From the IMG/VR virus record IMGVR_UViG_3300042923_000186, positions 1-64,000 of that record: a stretch of DNA of 64,000 bases; one strand, written 5' to 3'. The translations under genes were made by a program, and so were the position numbers. Below the pieces are notes generated by a model, which worked only from the letters and a program-made list of their open reading frames with translations, did not search any database and was not told where the DNA came from. The stretch comes from a virus. Lineage: Duplodnaviria; Heunggongvirae; Uroviricota; Caudoviricetes. How positions within the stretch are numbered: the first letter of the stretch is position 1; each line of letters opens with the position of its first letter. Positions 19,124 to 27,913 of the stretch are shown piece by piece.

Positions 19124-19279
19124 ATGGACTACTATGATCGGGGCTACGAAGCCTACCAACAAGGCTTGCCAACGTCGGCCTGCCCGTTTGAACCGGGCGG
19201 AGAAGCCTGCCAAGACTGGCTAATGGGCTGGTGGCATGCCGAAATTGACGACAAAGAAAAAGATTCAAAAGAAGCTTGA
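19124..19279 (+). CDS. ribosome modulation factor (Rmf)-like small protein
   Basis: Not in the ORF track. Strong RBS taaaggaggtata. DRGYEAYQQGLPTSACPFEPGGEACQDWLMGWWHA parallels E. coli Rmf RGYQAGIAGRSKEMCPY...WLGGWREA. Confidence 0.5.
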   Translation: MDYYDRGYEAYQQGLPTSACPFEPGGEACQDWLMGWWHAEIDDKEKDSKEA

Positions 19280-19304
19280 CAGGTAGTTAGGTAGTAGGTA
19301 AGAT
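19276..19304 (+). promoter_or_regulatory. sigma70-like promoter P7 (TTGACA-17-TAAGAT)
   Basis: Spacer ggtagttaggtagtagg; overlaps the 3' end of the Rmf-like gene. Confidence 0.5.
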
Positions 19305-19370
19305 GCTCTTACTCGCTGACGAAAACAGCAAACAACCCGCCCTTCAGGGCCTAACCAAGGAGAAAATAAC

Positions 19371-19592
19371 ATGGCGTTTTTCGGAACCACCCCAGCAAAA
19401 ACCGTTGACAGCGTAGTCGCTGCCTTCCAGTCCACCATCGCTGACCTGAACGCTGTAGCAGCGGAACAGACGGCAGAAGCATCGCGTAAATTTGATCTTG
19501 CGGCTCAGAGCCTCACCGACGCCAAGAAGGCTGAAGCCGAGGCAACCCGTGCAACCAAGATCGCAGCCCAGATGGCCGCTGTGTTCGAGTAA
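19371..19592 (+). CDS. hypothetical protein
   Basis: RBS accaaggagaaaataac; Ala-rich. Confidence 0.5.
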   Translation: MAFFGTTPAKTVDSVVAAFQSTIADLNAVAAEQTAEASRKFDLAAQSLTDAKKAEAEATRATKIAAQMAAVFE

Positions 19593-19602
19593 AGGAGACG
19601 AT

Positions 19603-19779
19603 ATGTTCGGAGCACTCAAGAACCTGACCAAAGCCACCGTTGGCGTCCTCATCGAAACGCCTGTAGCCGTCGTAGCAGACGTTGTTACGCTGGGCGGTGC
19701 CCTGACTGATACTAAGCAACCGTACACAGCAGAAGCGCTGAGCAAGGTTGTCAAGAACGTTAAGAAATCCACTAAGTAA
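19603..19779 (+). CDS. hypothetical protein (58 aa)
   Basis: Track ORF 19492 trimmed to the internal ATG preceded by RBS aaggagacgat. Confidence 0.45.
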   Translation: MFGALKNLTKATVGVLIETPVAVVADVVTLGGALTDTKQPYTAEALSKVVKNVKKSTK

Positions 19780-19788
19780 GGGGGCAAC

Positions 19789-20190
19789 ATGAAAGTTAAA
19801 ATCCTGCGTGCGGCCAACAACCGCGTCTGGTATGTTAATCGGGTCGGTGAGACGTTCGAGGTGCAAGACAGGGTGAGGTCTGATGACACGCCAATGGCTG
19901 TATACATGCTCGTAGACGGCTCAAAAGGCATCTGGAAGTCAGATGTTGAACTCGTGACGGAGCCCCGTCTGTACAACCACGAAGGCGTCGATTACGAATT
20001 GCCAGAGTGGGCCAAGTACGTGACGAAGGATAGCAAGGAAGCCACGAAATTGTATGCGTGGGAGGGGAAACCTACCTATGAGCATGGCAAGCATGCTTCT
20101 GGCTATATCAACAGTTCGGGTAAGCGTCTGGACGTTCTGCGGCCATACGTCAAGCCACTGCCGGAAGGCGCTTTCATCGCAGAAGTATAA
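19789..20190 (+). CDS. hypothetical protein
   Basis: Spacing and coding potential consistent with a real gene. Confidence 0.5.
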   Translation: MKVKILRAANNRVWYVNRVGETFEVQDRVRSDDTPMAVYMLVDGSKGIWKSDVELVTEPRLYNHEGVDYELPEWAKYVTKDSKEATKLYAWEGKPTYEHGKHASGYINSSGKRLDVLRPYVKPLPEGAFIAEV

Positions 20191-20200
20191 GGAGAACAAG

Positions 20201-20509
20201 ATGGGTCAAGCAAAGAAGAAGGGTACGTTCGAACAACGCCAACAGGCAGCATACGACCGTAAGGACGCTCTGGTGTCGCAGCAGGCCGAGAACCTGAAAC
20301 GTCTCGAAGAGGCCGACAAGCAGTCCGAGGAACGCGTCAATGCGATGCTTCAGCATTTCGTCGGCAAGAGCCTGAAAGACTTGGAACGCCAACTGCCGTA
20401 CATGTCCGTGGACTACACGCAAGTGGAAGCCTTCGGCAGCGTACGTGAGTCGGAAACGATCCGTGCTGAGCGTAAGAAAATCATCGAAGCCGATCTGGCC
20501 GCGATGTAA
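20201..20509 (+). CDS. hypothetical coiled-coil protein
   Basis: Track ORF 20054 trimmed to the ATG after RBS aaggagaacaag. Confidence 0.5.
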   Translation: MGQAKKKGTFEQRQQAAYDRKDALVSQQAENLKRLEEADKQSEERVNAMLQHFVGKSLKDLERQLPYMSVDYTQVEAFGSVRESETIRAERKKIIEADLAAM

Positions 20510-20522
20510 CAAGGAGAGAAAA

Positions 20523-20723
20523 TTGGAATTTAAGGCAACCCACGTAGTGGTAGGCAACGACGGTATGACCTCTACAGGTGTTCTGCGTCACTGCTTCAAA
20601 AATGGTACAGAAGTGATGGAAGTAGAAGACCGTTACTCTGATGAGTATGCAGGCTACTACGTAGCCGAGAAGGGAGTCTACCAGTACATTACCCGCACCA
20701 ACGTTCAACAAATCCCCAACTAA
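20523..20723 (+). CDS. hypothetical protein (probable TTG start)
   Basis: RBS aaggagagaaaa followed by TTG in frame with track ORF 20445. Confidence 0.35.
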   Translation: MEFKATHVVVGNDGMTSTGVLRHCFKNGTEVMEVEDRYSDEYAGYYVAEKGVYQYITRTNVQQIPN

Positions 20724-20736
20724 GGAGAAATTACTA

Positions 20737-21531
20737 ATGAAAAAACTGTTCGCAATTCTGGCCGTAGCAATGTCCCTGTCCGCATGCCACATCGTTGATA
20801 CGGGCAAGGTTGGCCTTCGTGTCAACTTCGACAAAACCGTGGAGCAATCGGAACGCCTTCCGGGCAGCTTCAATCAGGTGGTGGTGGGCAGCGTGATCGA
20901 CATCCCTGTCAAGGAAATCTCGGTGGATGTCACCAACCTGACGCCGCTGGCCTCAGACAACTCCACGATGTCCGACTTCGATGTCACCGCCGTCTACAGC
21001 ATCAATCCGGCCAGCGTTAGCGACATGTACGTCAACAAGAACCGCAGCTTCCACAGCCTGAACGCTGAAGGAGAAGTTCTGCTGATGCATTCGTACCTGC
21101 AAACGACGATTCGTAACGCCGTCTACAAGGTGGCCCGTAAGTACGAAGCCATGAAGATGAATGATGAGCGTCAGAACATCGAAGCTGAGATTCTGGCTCA
21201 GGTGAAGTCCACGCTAGAGGCTGAGAAGCTGGGTTCGTCGGTTCTGGTGACGCAGATTCAGGTAAAGAGCATTGCTCCGTCCGCTGCGATTACGAAGGCT
21301 GCTAACGATCTGGTCAAGGCCAAGTCCGAACTGCTGGCTAAGGAAGTCGAAGTAAAAACTGCCGAACGTGAAGCTCAGCGTATGGCCTCGCTGGCTAACA
21401 ACGCCGGTCAAAGCATCGCCTACATGAATGCCCAAGCAGGCATGATGATCGCTGAAGGCATTCGTGACGGCAAGGTGCACGCCATTGTCGTACCGTCTGA
21501 TTTCCGTGGCATGGTGAATGTAGGTAAGTAA
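20737..21531 (+). CDS. lipoprotein, possibly SPFH/band-7-like
   Basis: Lipobox LSAC at residues 14-17; RBS aaggagaaattact. Confidence 0.45.
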   Translation: MKKLFAILAVAMSLSACHIVDTGKVGLRVNFDKTVEQSERLPGSFNQVVVGSVIDIPVKEISVDVTNLTPLASDNSTMSDFDVTAVYSINPASVSDMYVNKNRSFHSLNAEGEVLLMHSYLQTTIRNAVYKVARKYEAMKMNDERQNIEAEILAQVKSTLEAEKLGSSVLVTQIQVKSIAPSAAITKAANDLVKAKSELLAKEVEVKTAEREAQRMASLANNAGQSIAYMNAQAGMMIAEGIRDGKVHAIVVPSDFRGMVNVGK

Positions 21532-21532
21532 T

Positions 21533-21739
21533 ATGGGACTGCTTGCCAAAATCGGTATTACGCTAATGGTGCTAGGATTCCCGCTGTGGGTAGCACTGCT
21601 GAACTACGCCGGGTCCACTCCGTATCATCGCCGGGCACTCACAGTGCACAAGTATGCAGACCGCTGCCTAGCTACTGCCTTCACTGGATTCGGCCTGATC
21701 TGGGTAGCGATTCTGATTGATGTCTGGGCGCATGGCTAG
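21533..21739 (+). CDS. small membrane protein
   Basis: Two hydrophobic helices. Confidence 0.4.
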   Translation: MGLLAKIGITLMVLGFPLWVALLNYAGSTPYHRRALTVHKYADRCLATAFTGFGLIWVAILIDVWAHG

Positions 21740-22121
21740 ACGTACGAAGGCTACCAAGGCCCAGAAGCGAGGCAAACGCCGAGCTAGGGCCAAGGACTAC
21801 GCCCTGATGCTCACAGCAGCTACGGCTGTCGTAGTGGACAACAGAGGCGTAGACGGTCAGCACCGGGCAGGAAACATAGCGTACGTACTTATGACCTTCC
21901 CTCACTGGGTGAAGTTCGCAGAGGACTTCCCTAAAGGGCACATCACGGTACGTACGCTACTTACAAACACCTACAAGGTGAACGCTGTAAAATTGCTCGA
22001 TTGGCTGTACAAGCACGGGCACAGTAGCTACAACGCTAGCATGCTAGTTCGAGGTACAAAGGACTTCGAATTGCTTGACGATAGCGTAGACAAGTTGCTG
22101 AGCCTTGACATAGTTAGCTAG
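21717..22121 (+). CDS. hypothetical protein
   Basis: Basic N-terminus; the true start may be an internal Met. Confidence 0.4.
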   Translation: MMSGRMARRTKATKAQKRGKRRARAKDYALMLTAATAVVVDNRGVDGQHRAGNIAYVLMTFPHWVKFAEDFPKGHITVRTLLTNTYKVNAVKLLDWLYKHGHSSYNASMLVRGTKDFELLDDSVDKLLSLDIVS

Positions 22122-22133
22122 CTAGTGTAGAAT
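22105..22133 (+). promoter_or_regulatory. sigma70-like promoter P8 (TTGACA-17-TAGAAT)
   Basis: Spacer tagttagctagctagtg; immediately upstream of the tRNA. Confidence 0.5.
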
Positions 22134-22147
22134 GCTGACTACAAACA

Positions 22148-22220
22148 CTCCCGGTAGCTCAAAGGATAGAGCACTGATCTTCTAAGTCAGGTGTTCCTTG
22201 TTCGAATCAAGGTCGGGAGG
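22148..22220 (+). tRNA. tRNA-Arg (anticodon TCT)
   Basis: Manually folded cloverleaf. 7-bp acceptor ctcccgg/tcgggag. D-arm GCTC-AAAGGATA-GAGC. Anticodon stem ctgat/gtcag with loop cTTCTaa. T-arm ccttg-TTCGAAT-caagg. Discriminator G then encoded CCA (22221-22223). Confidence 0.75.
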
Positions 22221-22243
22221 CCACTAAATTAAAGGAGGACTGA

Positions 22244-22384
22244 ATGAAACAAAATATCTTCGGAGCCATCGGCGGTCTTACGTTAGGCGTAGGAATCTCG
22301 GCAGGTAATGCCTTCACCATCGCAGCAGGGGCCGCAGTGATCATCTGGAGTGCCTACGAACTGTACAAAGCTTGCAAGGGGTAA
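22244..22384 (+). CDS. small membrane protein (46 aa)
   Basis: Not in the ORF track. Strong RBS aaaggaggactga. Gly/Ala-rich hydrophobic. Confidence 0.4.
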   Translation: MKQNIFGAIGGLTLGVGISAGNAFTIAAGAAVIIWSAYELYKACKG

Positions 22385-22387
22385 GCG

Positions 22388-22651
22388 ATGAGCCTAAGTA
22401 AATCTGCCACCGTGGCCGAATGGAAGTTCCCGAAAGCCTCAGACTTCCCGGCCAAGCCTGTAGTCCGCTACAGCAAGCAACTGATGCTAATGGATGTCGG
22501 ATACAACGCAATCGTAGTGCCGATTGACCATCCGAATCACGACCTGAACGGTGAAGTTGTTACGACATCTCGTGTCGTCAGCATCGACGCTAACGGGAAG
22601 GACTTCGAGACACGGAATACGAAGTACGTCTACGACGATCAAGGAGAGTAA
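22388..22651 (+). CDS. hypothetical protein
   Basis: No recognizable motif. Confidence 0.45.
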   Translation: MSLSKSATVAEWKFPKASDFPAKPVVRYSKQLMLMDVGYNAIVVPIDHPNHDLNGEVVTTSRVVSIDANGKDFETRNTKYVYDDQGE

Positions 22652-22736
22652 AGATTGTCTCTCGAACCGCCGTAATCGAGGCTAAACAAAACGGTGAACC
22701 CCGCGTCTAATACGCATCTCAATAAAGGAAATATCA

Positions 22737-23681
22737 ATGGCATTCAAACCAAAAAACGCAAACCGTACCGAGAACTCCGGCGACTTCGAACCACGCAATT
22801 TCCCGGTTCCAAAGAGCGGTGCTCGCCGTGCTCGTGTCTCTCTGATCGTTGATCTGGGCGAACAGAACCGTGAATCCATCTGGAAGAAGGGCGATACCAT
22901 CGTCACGGAAGACACCGAAGGTGCAGTGGAACAGAAGCAGAAGCCGTGTCAGCAAGTCGCAGTGTTTGCCGATCTGGTCAATGATCTGGTGGACTACGGC
23001 GGTGATGTCGGCAAAGCCCACTACCGCCTGCTGCTGAACAACTCGTTCGCTGGCAAGCTGAAGGGCATCAACTTTGCTGCATCCCCTCCAAAGGACGCCA
23101 AAGGCAAGACCATCGAAGGCAAGAAGTGGGGCTTCCATCCTCAAAACCTGTTGACCAAACTGGCAAACGCTGTAGGCAAGCCGGAAGTCGTAGAGTCGAT
23201 GGACATCGAAGAACTGCTGGGCGAACAGTTCATCGCTGAAGTGGAAGTGAAAGAAACGAAGTCCGGCAAGAATGACAAGGACGGCGTGGAAATCGTCTAC
23301 AAGAACGTCAACTTCAAAAAGGCATCGCAAGTGCCAGCCGAAGTGAAAGAAGACGACGAAGGCAACGAGGAAGAAGTCGTACCTACGTTCGCTGCCCTGA
23401 AGATGGAACCGAAGGCCATCACCTTTACGAACGCTACCAAGGATGACATCAAATTCATCCGTGCCAACATCATCAAGCAAATCAAGCTGGCTAACGACTA
23501 TGCCGGTTCGCAGATGCAAAAGGCAATCGAGGCGTTCGAGGCAGAGCAAGGCAACAAGACGCAGGACGACGTAGCAGATGACGACGTGGCTCCATCTAAG
23601 CCAGCAGCTAAGCCTGCTGCCAAGAAGGCCGAGAAGAAGCTTGTCCCACAAGAGGATATGGACGAGGACGTGCCTTTCTGA
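22737..23681 (+). CDS. single-stranded DNA-binding protein (acidic C-terminal tail)
   Basis: C-terminus ...EDMDEDVPF resembles the SSB tip DDDIPF. Sits in the replication module. Confidence 0.5.
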   Translation: MAFKPKNANRTENSGDFEPRNFPVPKSGARRARVSLIVDLGEQNRESIWKKGDTIVTEDTEGAVEQKQKPCQQVAVFADLVNDLVDYGGDVGKAHYRLLLNNSFAGKLKGINFAASPPKDAKGKTIEGKKWGFHPQNLLTKLANAVGKPEVVESMDIEELLGEQFIAEVEVKETKSGKNDKDGVEIVYKNVNFKKASQVPAEVKEDDEGNEEEVVPTFAALKMEPKAITFTNATKDDIKFIRANIIKQIKLANDYAGSQMQKAIEAFEAEQGNKTQDDVADDDVAPSKPAAKPAAKKAEKKLVPQEDMDEDVPF

Positions 23682-23713
23682 TTTGTCAACATTCTAGGTA
23701 AGTAGCCTAGCTA

Positions 23714-23746
23714 GCCCCGCATTCCGAAAGGGTGCGGGGCTTTTTC
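23714..23746 (+). terminator. rho-independent terminator
   Basis: Hairpin ccccgca...tgcgggg followed by cTTTTTc. Confidence 0.75.
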
Positions 23747-23759
23747 ATTAGGAGAGAGG

Positions 23760-24362
23760 ATGAAAACAAAAGAAAGTTTGGACTGGCACGAGATGTTTTA
23801 CTACGATGCTGAGTCTCCTAGTGGCCTAAGGAGGAAGACGGACTGGAGGACTGGAAAGGACTACCAGATACTCAGGGCTAAGGCTGGAAGCCCAGTAGGT
23901 AGCATAGCTGGCATCGGTTACTACGTTACATACGTGGATGGCCGACTGTTCTACTGTCACAGGATTGTCATGGAGTTGCACGGTGAAGACATTAAGGACA
24001 TGTCTGTAGACCACGTAGATGGCAACTCGCTCAACAACAAGTATGAGAACCTGAGAGCGGTTCGGCACAACGTAAATCACAGGAACAGAAAGAAGCCTAC
24101 TACAAACAAATCAGGGGTGGTAGGCGTGTCACTGAATACCGAGATGATAGGCGGGAAGGAGAAGCGGAGATGGGTTGCAGGGTGGCGGGATATGGAAGGG
24201 AAGTCCCGTTACAAGTATTTTTCTGTGACAAAGCTAGGGGAAGAAGGGGCGTTCAAGGCGGCTTGTGAGCACAGGTCGGACGTTATTAACAAGCTAAACG
24301 CTGAAGGTGCGGGCTACACACAAAGACATGGAGGTGCAGATGAGGGCAGTATGGGACATTGA
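23760..24362 (+). CDS. HNH homing endonuclease with C-terminal AP2 domain
   Basis: VDHVDGNSLNNKYENLR HNH core. AP2-like SGVVGVS...WVAGWRD. Confidence 0.65.
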   Translation: MKTKESLDWHEMFYYDAESPSGLRRKTDWRTGKDYQILRAKAGSPVGSIAGIGYYVTYVDGRLFYCHRIVMELHGEDIKDMSVDHVDGNSLNNKYENLRAVRHNVNHRNRKKPTTNKSGVVGVSLNTEMIGGKEKRRWVAGWRDMEGKSRYKYFSVTKLGEEGAFKAACEHRSDVINKLNAEGAGYTQRHGGADEGSMGH

Positions 24363-25434
24363 TTTTTGTATATTCGACGCGGTTTCCGTTGCGGAGGAAA
24401 AATTCATCACAGCTACTCACATGCCTACTGGCAAGGTAATCGAACTAGATAACCAGAGTGCCCTGTGGGGCGACTGGCGGAAGAAGGACGGAGGCTGGAT
24501 CGGTATTCAGAACAAGCTAGCTGGCAACGACTTTTACAAGGCCGAGGACTTCACCGTAGTGCCCGGCCACCGGCCACGCCCGTTCAAGACGCGGCTAGAA
24601 GACGAGGAAGGTAACATCGTAGTGGGCGAGATGAGCCCGTTCGAGGGAGCACGGAAGATTCTGGACGATAAGATTAAGTCGGTACATAAGCAGCTAGGTA
24701 TCACTAGCTACGTGTGTTATACTGGCCGAGGTGAAGTGTTCAGGCACGACAAGGCTACCCTGCTTCCGTACAAAGGCCAACGAGAGGACATGCTTCGCCC
24801 ATTACTGCTGGATCGGATGAAGGACTACGTTGTCGAGCACCACAACGGCATTCTGGTCACTGGCCCTGCTGAGACGAACATCGAGGCAGATGACGCCGTT
24901 AGCATGGCTACCGTGGCTGGATACGACGCGTGGAAGAAGGGCGGCAAGAAGGACGAGGACCGTGTTATCGCTATCGCGGTGGATAAAGATGGCAAGCAGA
25001 CGAACGGCTGGCACTTCAATCCGACCAAGGACACTGAGCCACGGCTTATAGAAGGCTTCGGTAGCCTCTGGCTAGACGAGAAGGGTAACGTTGACGGTGC
25101 TGGGCGGATGTGGCTGTACTATCAAATCACTGCCGGAGATAGTGCGGATAACTACAAGAGCAATTGCTTCAGTGACGTTAGCTACGCTAGCAAGGGTGCC
25201 TACAAGGACTTGAAGGACTGCAAGAACGACAAGGAAGCCTTCGAAGCGATGGTAAGGGTATTCAAGAAGCTGTATCCGAAAGAGAAGGTCGTAGAAGGCT
25301 GCAAAGGGCCGGTGAAGATCGACTGGCTGTACGTAATGCAGGAGATGGCAACGATGGCTTTGATGCTACGTAAGCCGGGCGATAAACTGGATGTCAAGGC
25401 CACACTAGATAAATTGGAGATTAAATATGACTAA
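24340..25434 (+). CDS. T7 gp6-like 5'-3' exonuclease
   Basis: Start trimmed to the ATG after RBS ggaggtgcag. Blocks VWDIDFCIFDAVSVAEE, GPAETNIEADDAVS, VDKDGKQ and QITAGDSADNY parallel the T7 gene 6 exonuclease acidic motifs. Confidence 0.6.
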   Translation: MRAVWDIDFCIFDAVSVAEEKFITATHMPTGKVIELDNQSALWGDWRKKDGGWIGIQNKLAGNDFYKAEDFTVVPGHRPRPFKTRLEDEEGNIVVGEMSPFEGARKILDDKIKSVHKQLGITSYVCYTGRGEVFRHDKATLLPYKGQREDMLRPLLLDRMKDYVVEHHNGILVTGPAETNIEADDAVSMATVAGYDAWKKGGKKDEDRVIAIAVDKDGKQTNGWHFNPTKDTEPRLIEGFGSLWLDEKGNVDGAGRMWLYYQITAGDSADNYKSNCFSDVSYASKGAYKDLKDCKNDKEAFEAMVRVFKKLYPKEKVVEGCKGPVKIDWLYVMQEMATMALMLRKPGDKLDVKATLDKLEIKYD

Positions 25435-25720
25435 GAAGACCGTAAAGGTGCATGACTACGATATCAGCCACTATTGTTTCGATACTGTAACGCTCGAATC
25501 GGTAAAGACGTTCGTAGACGCTCTTATCCAAAAGCACGGAGGGAATACCGTTCTCCACCTCGACGGCGATGGGATCGACATGTACTTGACGGTTGACCGA
25601 GAAGAGACGGACGAGGAATACGCTGCCCGATTGGAACAAGAGCGCAAATACGCTGTGCTGCAAGAGAAAAGGGAACGCAGCGAACTGGCAATCCTGTTGG
25701 CGAAGTATGGCAAAGACTAA
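25427..25720 (+). CDS. hypothetical protein
   Basis: Overlaps upstream gene; acidic. Confidence 0.45.
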   Translation: MTKKTVKVHDYDISHYCFDTVTLESVKTFVDALIQKHGGNTVLHLDGDGIDMYLTVDREETDEEYAARLEQERKYAVLQEKRERSELAILLAKYGKD

Positions 25721-26252
25721 GGGCGAACTGACCCGCTGCGGCGGGACAATGACGGAGGCTCAATGGCTCGCTTGGGTGCGTTCTGCGCTGCGTTCGAAGT
25801 GGTTAAGGTGGCCTCCACGGGCAGAGGCTTTGAAGGCCGCTAGACGCTCCTATCGCGGTCCTAAGACGCAGCAGAAGTGGGAGTACAAGTGTGCCATGTG
25901 TACGGAGTGGTTCATGCAGAAGGAAGTCGAGGTTGACCACTACCCAGAGGATGCCGGTAGCATTCTGTCGTCGGATGACATCGGCCCCTTCGTGAATCGG
26001 TTGTACTGTGAGACGGACAACCTCCGCATCCTGTGCAAGCCCTGTCACAAGGTATATACGCTAGCTAGCTCGAAGGGCATCAGCTTGGACGAAGCCCGGC
26101 TGGAGAAATCTGTCACAGAGAAGATGAAGGATGAAAATATCCTTGACTACCTAGCTAGCTACGGGTACACTGGTGCCTCAGTTAGTAACGCTACCAAGCG
26201 TAAAGCGCTTGTAACAAGCATCCTCCGGGATGCATTACCAAAGGAGAAATGA
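25707..26252 (+). CDS. HNH endonuclease (Cys/His box)
   Basis: CAMC...VDHYPE...CKPCHK. Start uncertain (track 25593; internal ATG 25707 preferred). Confidence 0.45.
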   Translation: MAKTKGELTRCGGTMTEAQWLAWVRSALRSKWLRWPPRAEALKAARRSYRGPKTQQKWEYKCAMCTEWFMQKEVEVDHYPEDAGSILSSDDIGPFVNRLYCETDNLRILCKPCHKVYTLASSKGISLDEARLEKSVTEKMKDENILDYLASYGYTGASVSNATKRKALVTSILRDALPKEK

Positions 26253-26788
26253 ATATGGCAAATAAATTCAAGGTAGGCGACAAGGTTAAATGTACAACCG
26301 CCGAGTACGTTTACATCTCGAAAGGCAGCACTTACGAGGTAACGAGTACTAGCAACGACAGAGTCCCGGAGATTCAGATTCGGGACAACGACGGCGATCC
26401 GGGCTGGTATCCAGAGGAAGCCTTCGAACCGGAGATTAAAGGCTACGAAGAGTTCCTGAAGCCGTTCCGCCGTGTGCGTATTGCCAGTGGCAAACTCTAC
26501 ATCGTTGCGCTAGACGCAGCCGGGGACACGTTCATCATCCGAGAAGATAGTAACTGGTTAATCCCTTCTGAAGGGGACAAAACAGGATGGGAGGTTGTGG
26601 AAGTGTACGAAATTCCTAGCGCAACCGGGCAAGCTCTCGATCCTTCCAAGGTGGGGAAGAGCCTGTGGAAGAAAGAAGACCCGGCCAAGGTTGCAGCACA
26701 AGCGGCGTTGGCTGCGGCAGCAGATGAATTGAAGGCGGCTCAGGAGCGCTTCGACGCGGCTAAGGCCAGCCTGCAAGCGATTAACTAA
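26249..26788 (+). CDS. hypothetical protein (N-terminal FKVGDKVKC SH3/KOW-like motif)
   Basis: Paralogous N-terminus with the ORFs at 2966 and 5040. Confidence 0.5.
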   Translation: MNMANKFKVGDKVKCTTAEYVYISKGSTYEVTSTSNDRVPEIQIRDNDGDPGWYPEEAFEPEIKGYEEFLKPFRRVRIASGKLYIVALDAAGDTFIIREDSNWLIPSEGDKTGWEVVEVYEIPSATGQALDPSKVGKSLWKKEDPAKVAAQAALAAAADELKAAQERFDAAKASLQAIN

Positions 26789-26797
26789 GGAGGAAAT

Positions 26798-27628
26798 TTG
26801 ACTACCTACAACACTGACTGGCAATTGCAGGCTGTATCTCTTAGCAATAAAGGGTACAGCGGCGGTGAGATTGCTAGCATGGTAGGGAAGGGCAAGACGA
26901 CGGTGAACGACTATCTGCGAGAGTACAAGCGAGCGTTGGCAATCCCAACTGGCAAGCATGATAACTCTCGTATCCTGTTCATCTCGGATATGCACATTCC
27001 GTATCACCATGCAGGCTTGCTACCGTTCCTAGATGGACTGGTGCTGAAATACAAACCAACGCGAATTATCTGCCTTGGTGATGAACTGGACAAACATGCC
27101 TTGTCATTCCACGACAGTGATCCTGACCTGTGGAGTGCCGGGCACGAACTGAGCCAATCGCTTCCTGTCATTGCAGAACTGTACAAACGGTTCCCGAACA
27201 TGGACATAATCGAGTCGAATCACGGCTCCATGATCCACAGGAAAGCGAAGCATCACGGATTGCCGCGTGCATACATCCGCAGCTACAACGAGGTGCTGGG
27301 CGTCGGTCCGGGCTGGGTGTGGCACGAGGATATGACGATTGAACTGCCTGACGGCCAGAAGGTGTATATCCACCACGGCAAGAGCGCAGACGCGATCAAG
27401 ACGAGCCAAGCAATGGGCATGTCGCATATCTGTGGTCACTACCACGAGTCGTTCGCTATCAAGTGGTGGGCGAACCCGAATGGTCGCTACTTCGCTGTTA
27501 ATGCAGGTTGCCTGATTGACGATAAGAGTTACGCGTTTAGCTACAACAACGTGAACCTGAAGCGTCCATTTATCGGCACTGCGTTGATCATCGACGGCGT
27601 TCCTGTGCTGGAAGCTATGCCGCTATGA
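26798..27628 (+). CDS. calcineurin-like metallophosphoesterase
   Basis: LFISDMHIPYHH, GDELD, NHG and GHYH motif set. TTG start after RBS aaggagga. Confidence 0.65.
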   Translation: MTTYNTDWQLQAVSLSNKGYSGGEIASMVGKGKTTVNDYLREYKRALAIPTGKHDNSRILFISDMHIPYHHAGLLPFLDGLVLKYKPTRIICLGDELDKHALSFHDSDPDLWSAGHELSQSLPVIAELYKRFPNMDIIESNHGSMIHRKAKHHGLPRAYIRSYNEVLGVGPGWVWHEDMTIELPDGQKVYIHHGKSADAIKTSQAMGMSHICGHYHESFAIKWWANPNGRYFAVNAGCLIDDKSYAFSYNNVNLKRPFIGTALIIDGVPVLEAMPL

Positions 27629-27900
27629 TCCAGACAGCGGTAGAGGTGCCGGGCGATGTTCGTATCAACCTGTACTTGCTATCGACAGGGGAGGCTGTGT
27701 TGTCGCCTCGCCCTAACTGGCAAGCTACGTACGAGCATGTACCAGAAGGCGTGTCATCCTTTATGGATGGCGATGGGTTGATTCTGTGGGAGAAGGGTAG
27801 CAAGGAGTACGAATACGACTTCAACACTGCCTACCTCGTTGCACAGGAACCGTTACTACGTGGATATCTGCGCCAGCAAGGCTTGCAGAGTCCCGACTGA
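27625..27900 (+). CDS. hypothetical protein
   Basis: ATGA stop/start overlap. Confidence 0.4.
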   Translation: MIQTAVEVPGDVRINLYLLSTGEAVLSPRPNWQATYEHVPEGVSSFMDGDGLILWEKGSKEYEYDFNTAYLVAQEPLLRGYLRQQGLQSPD

Positions 27901-27913
27901 GAAAGGAAATACA

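Noticed and set aside
22652-22736. Short hairpin ctcga-N10-tcgag between ORFs at 22388-22651 and the SSB gene
   Set aside because: No T-tract and no promoter hexamers. Likely incidental.
22734-23651. 305-aa ORF antisense to the SSB gene
   Set aside because: Mirror-frame artefact of the Lys/Glu/Asp-rich SSB coding frame. No start context.
23682-23712. TTGTCA plus gtaagtagcctagctag sequence resembling the promoter family upstream of the SSB terminator
   Set aside because: No acceptable -10 at 16-19 nt spacing. The TAG-repeat block sits where a spacer would be, but hexamers are missing. Likely a decayed promoter, so the HNH gene behind the terminator is probably poorly expressed.
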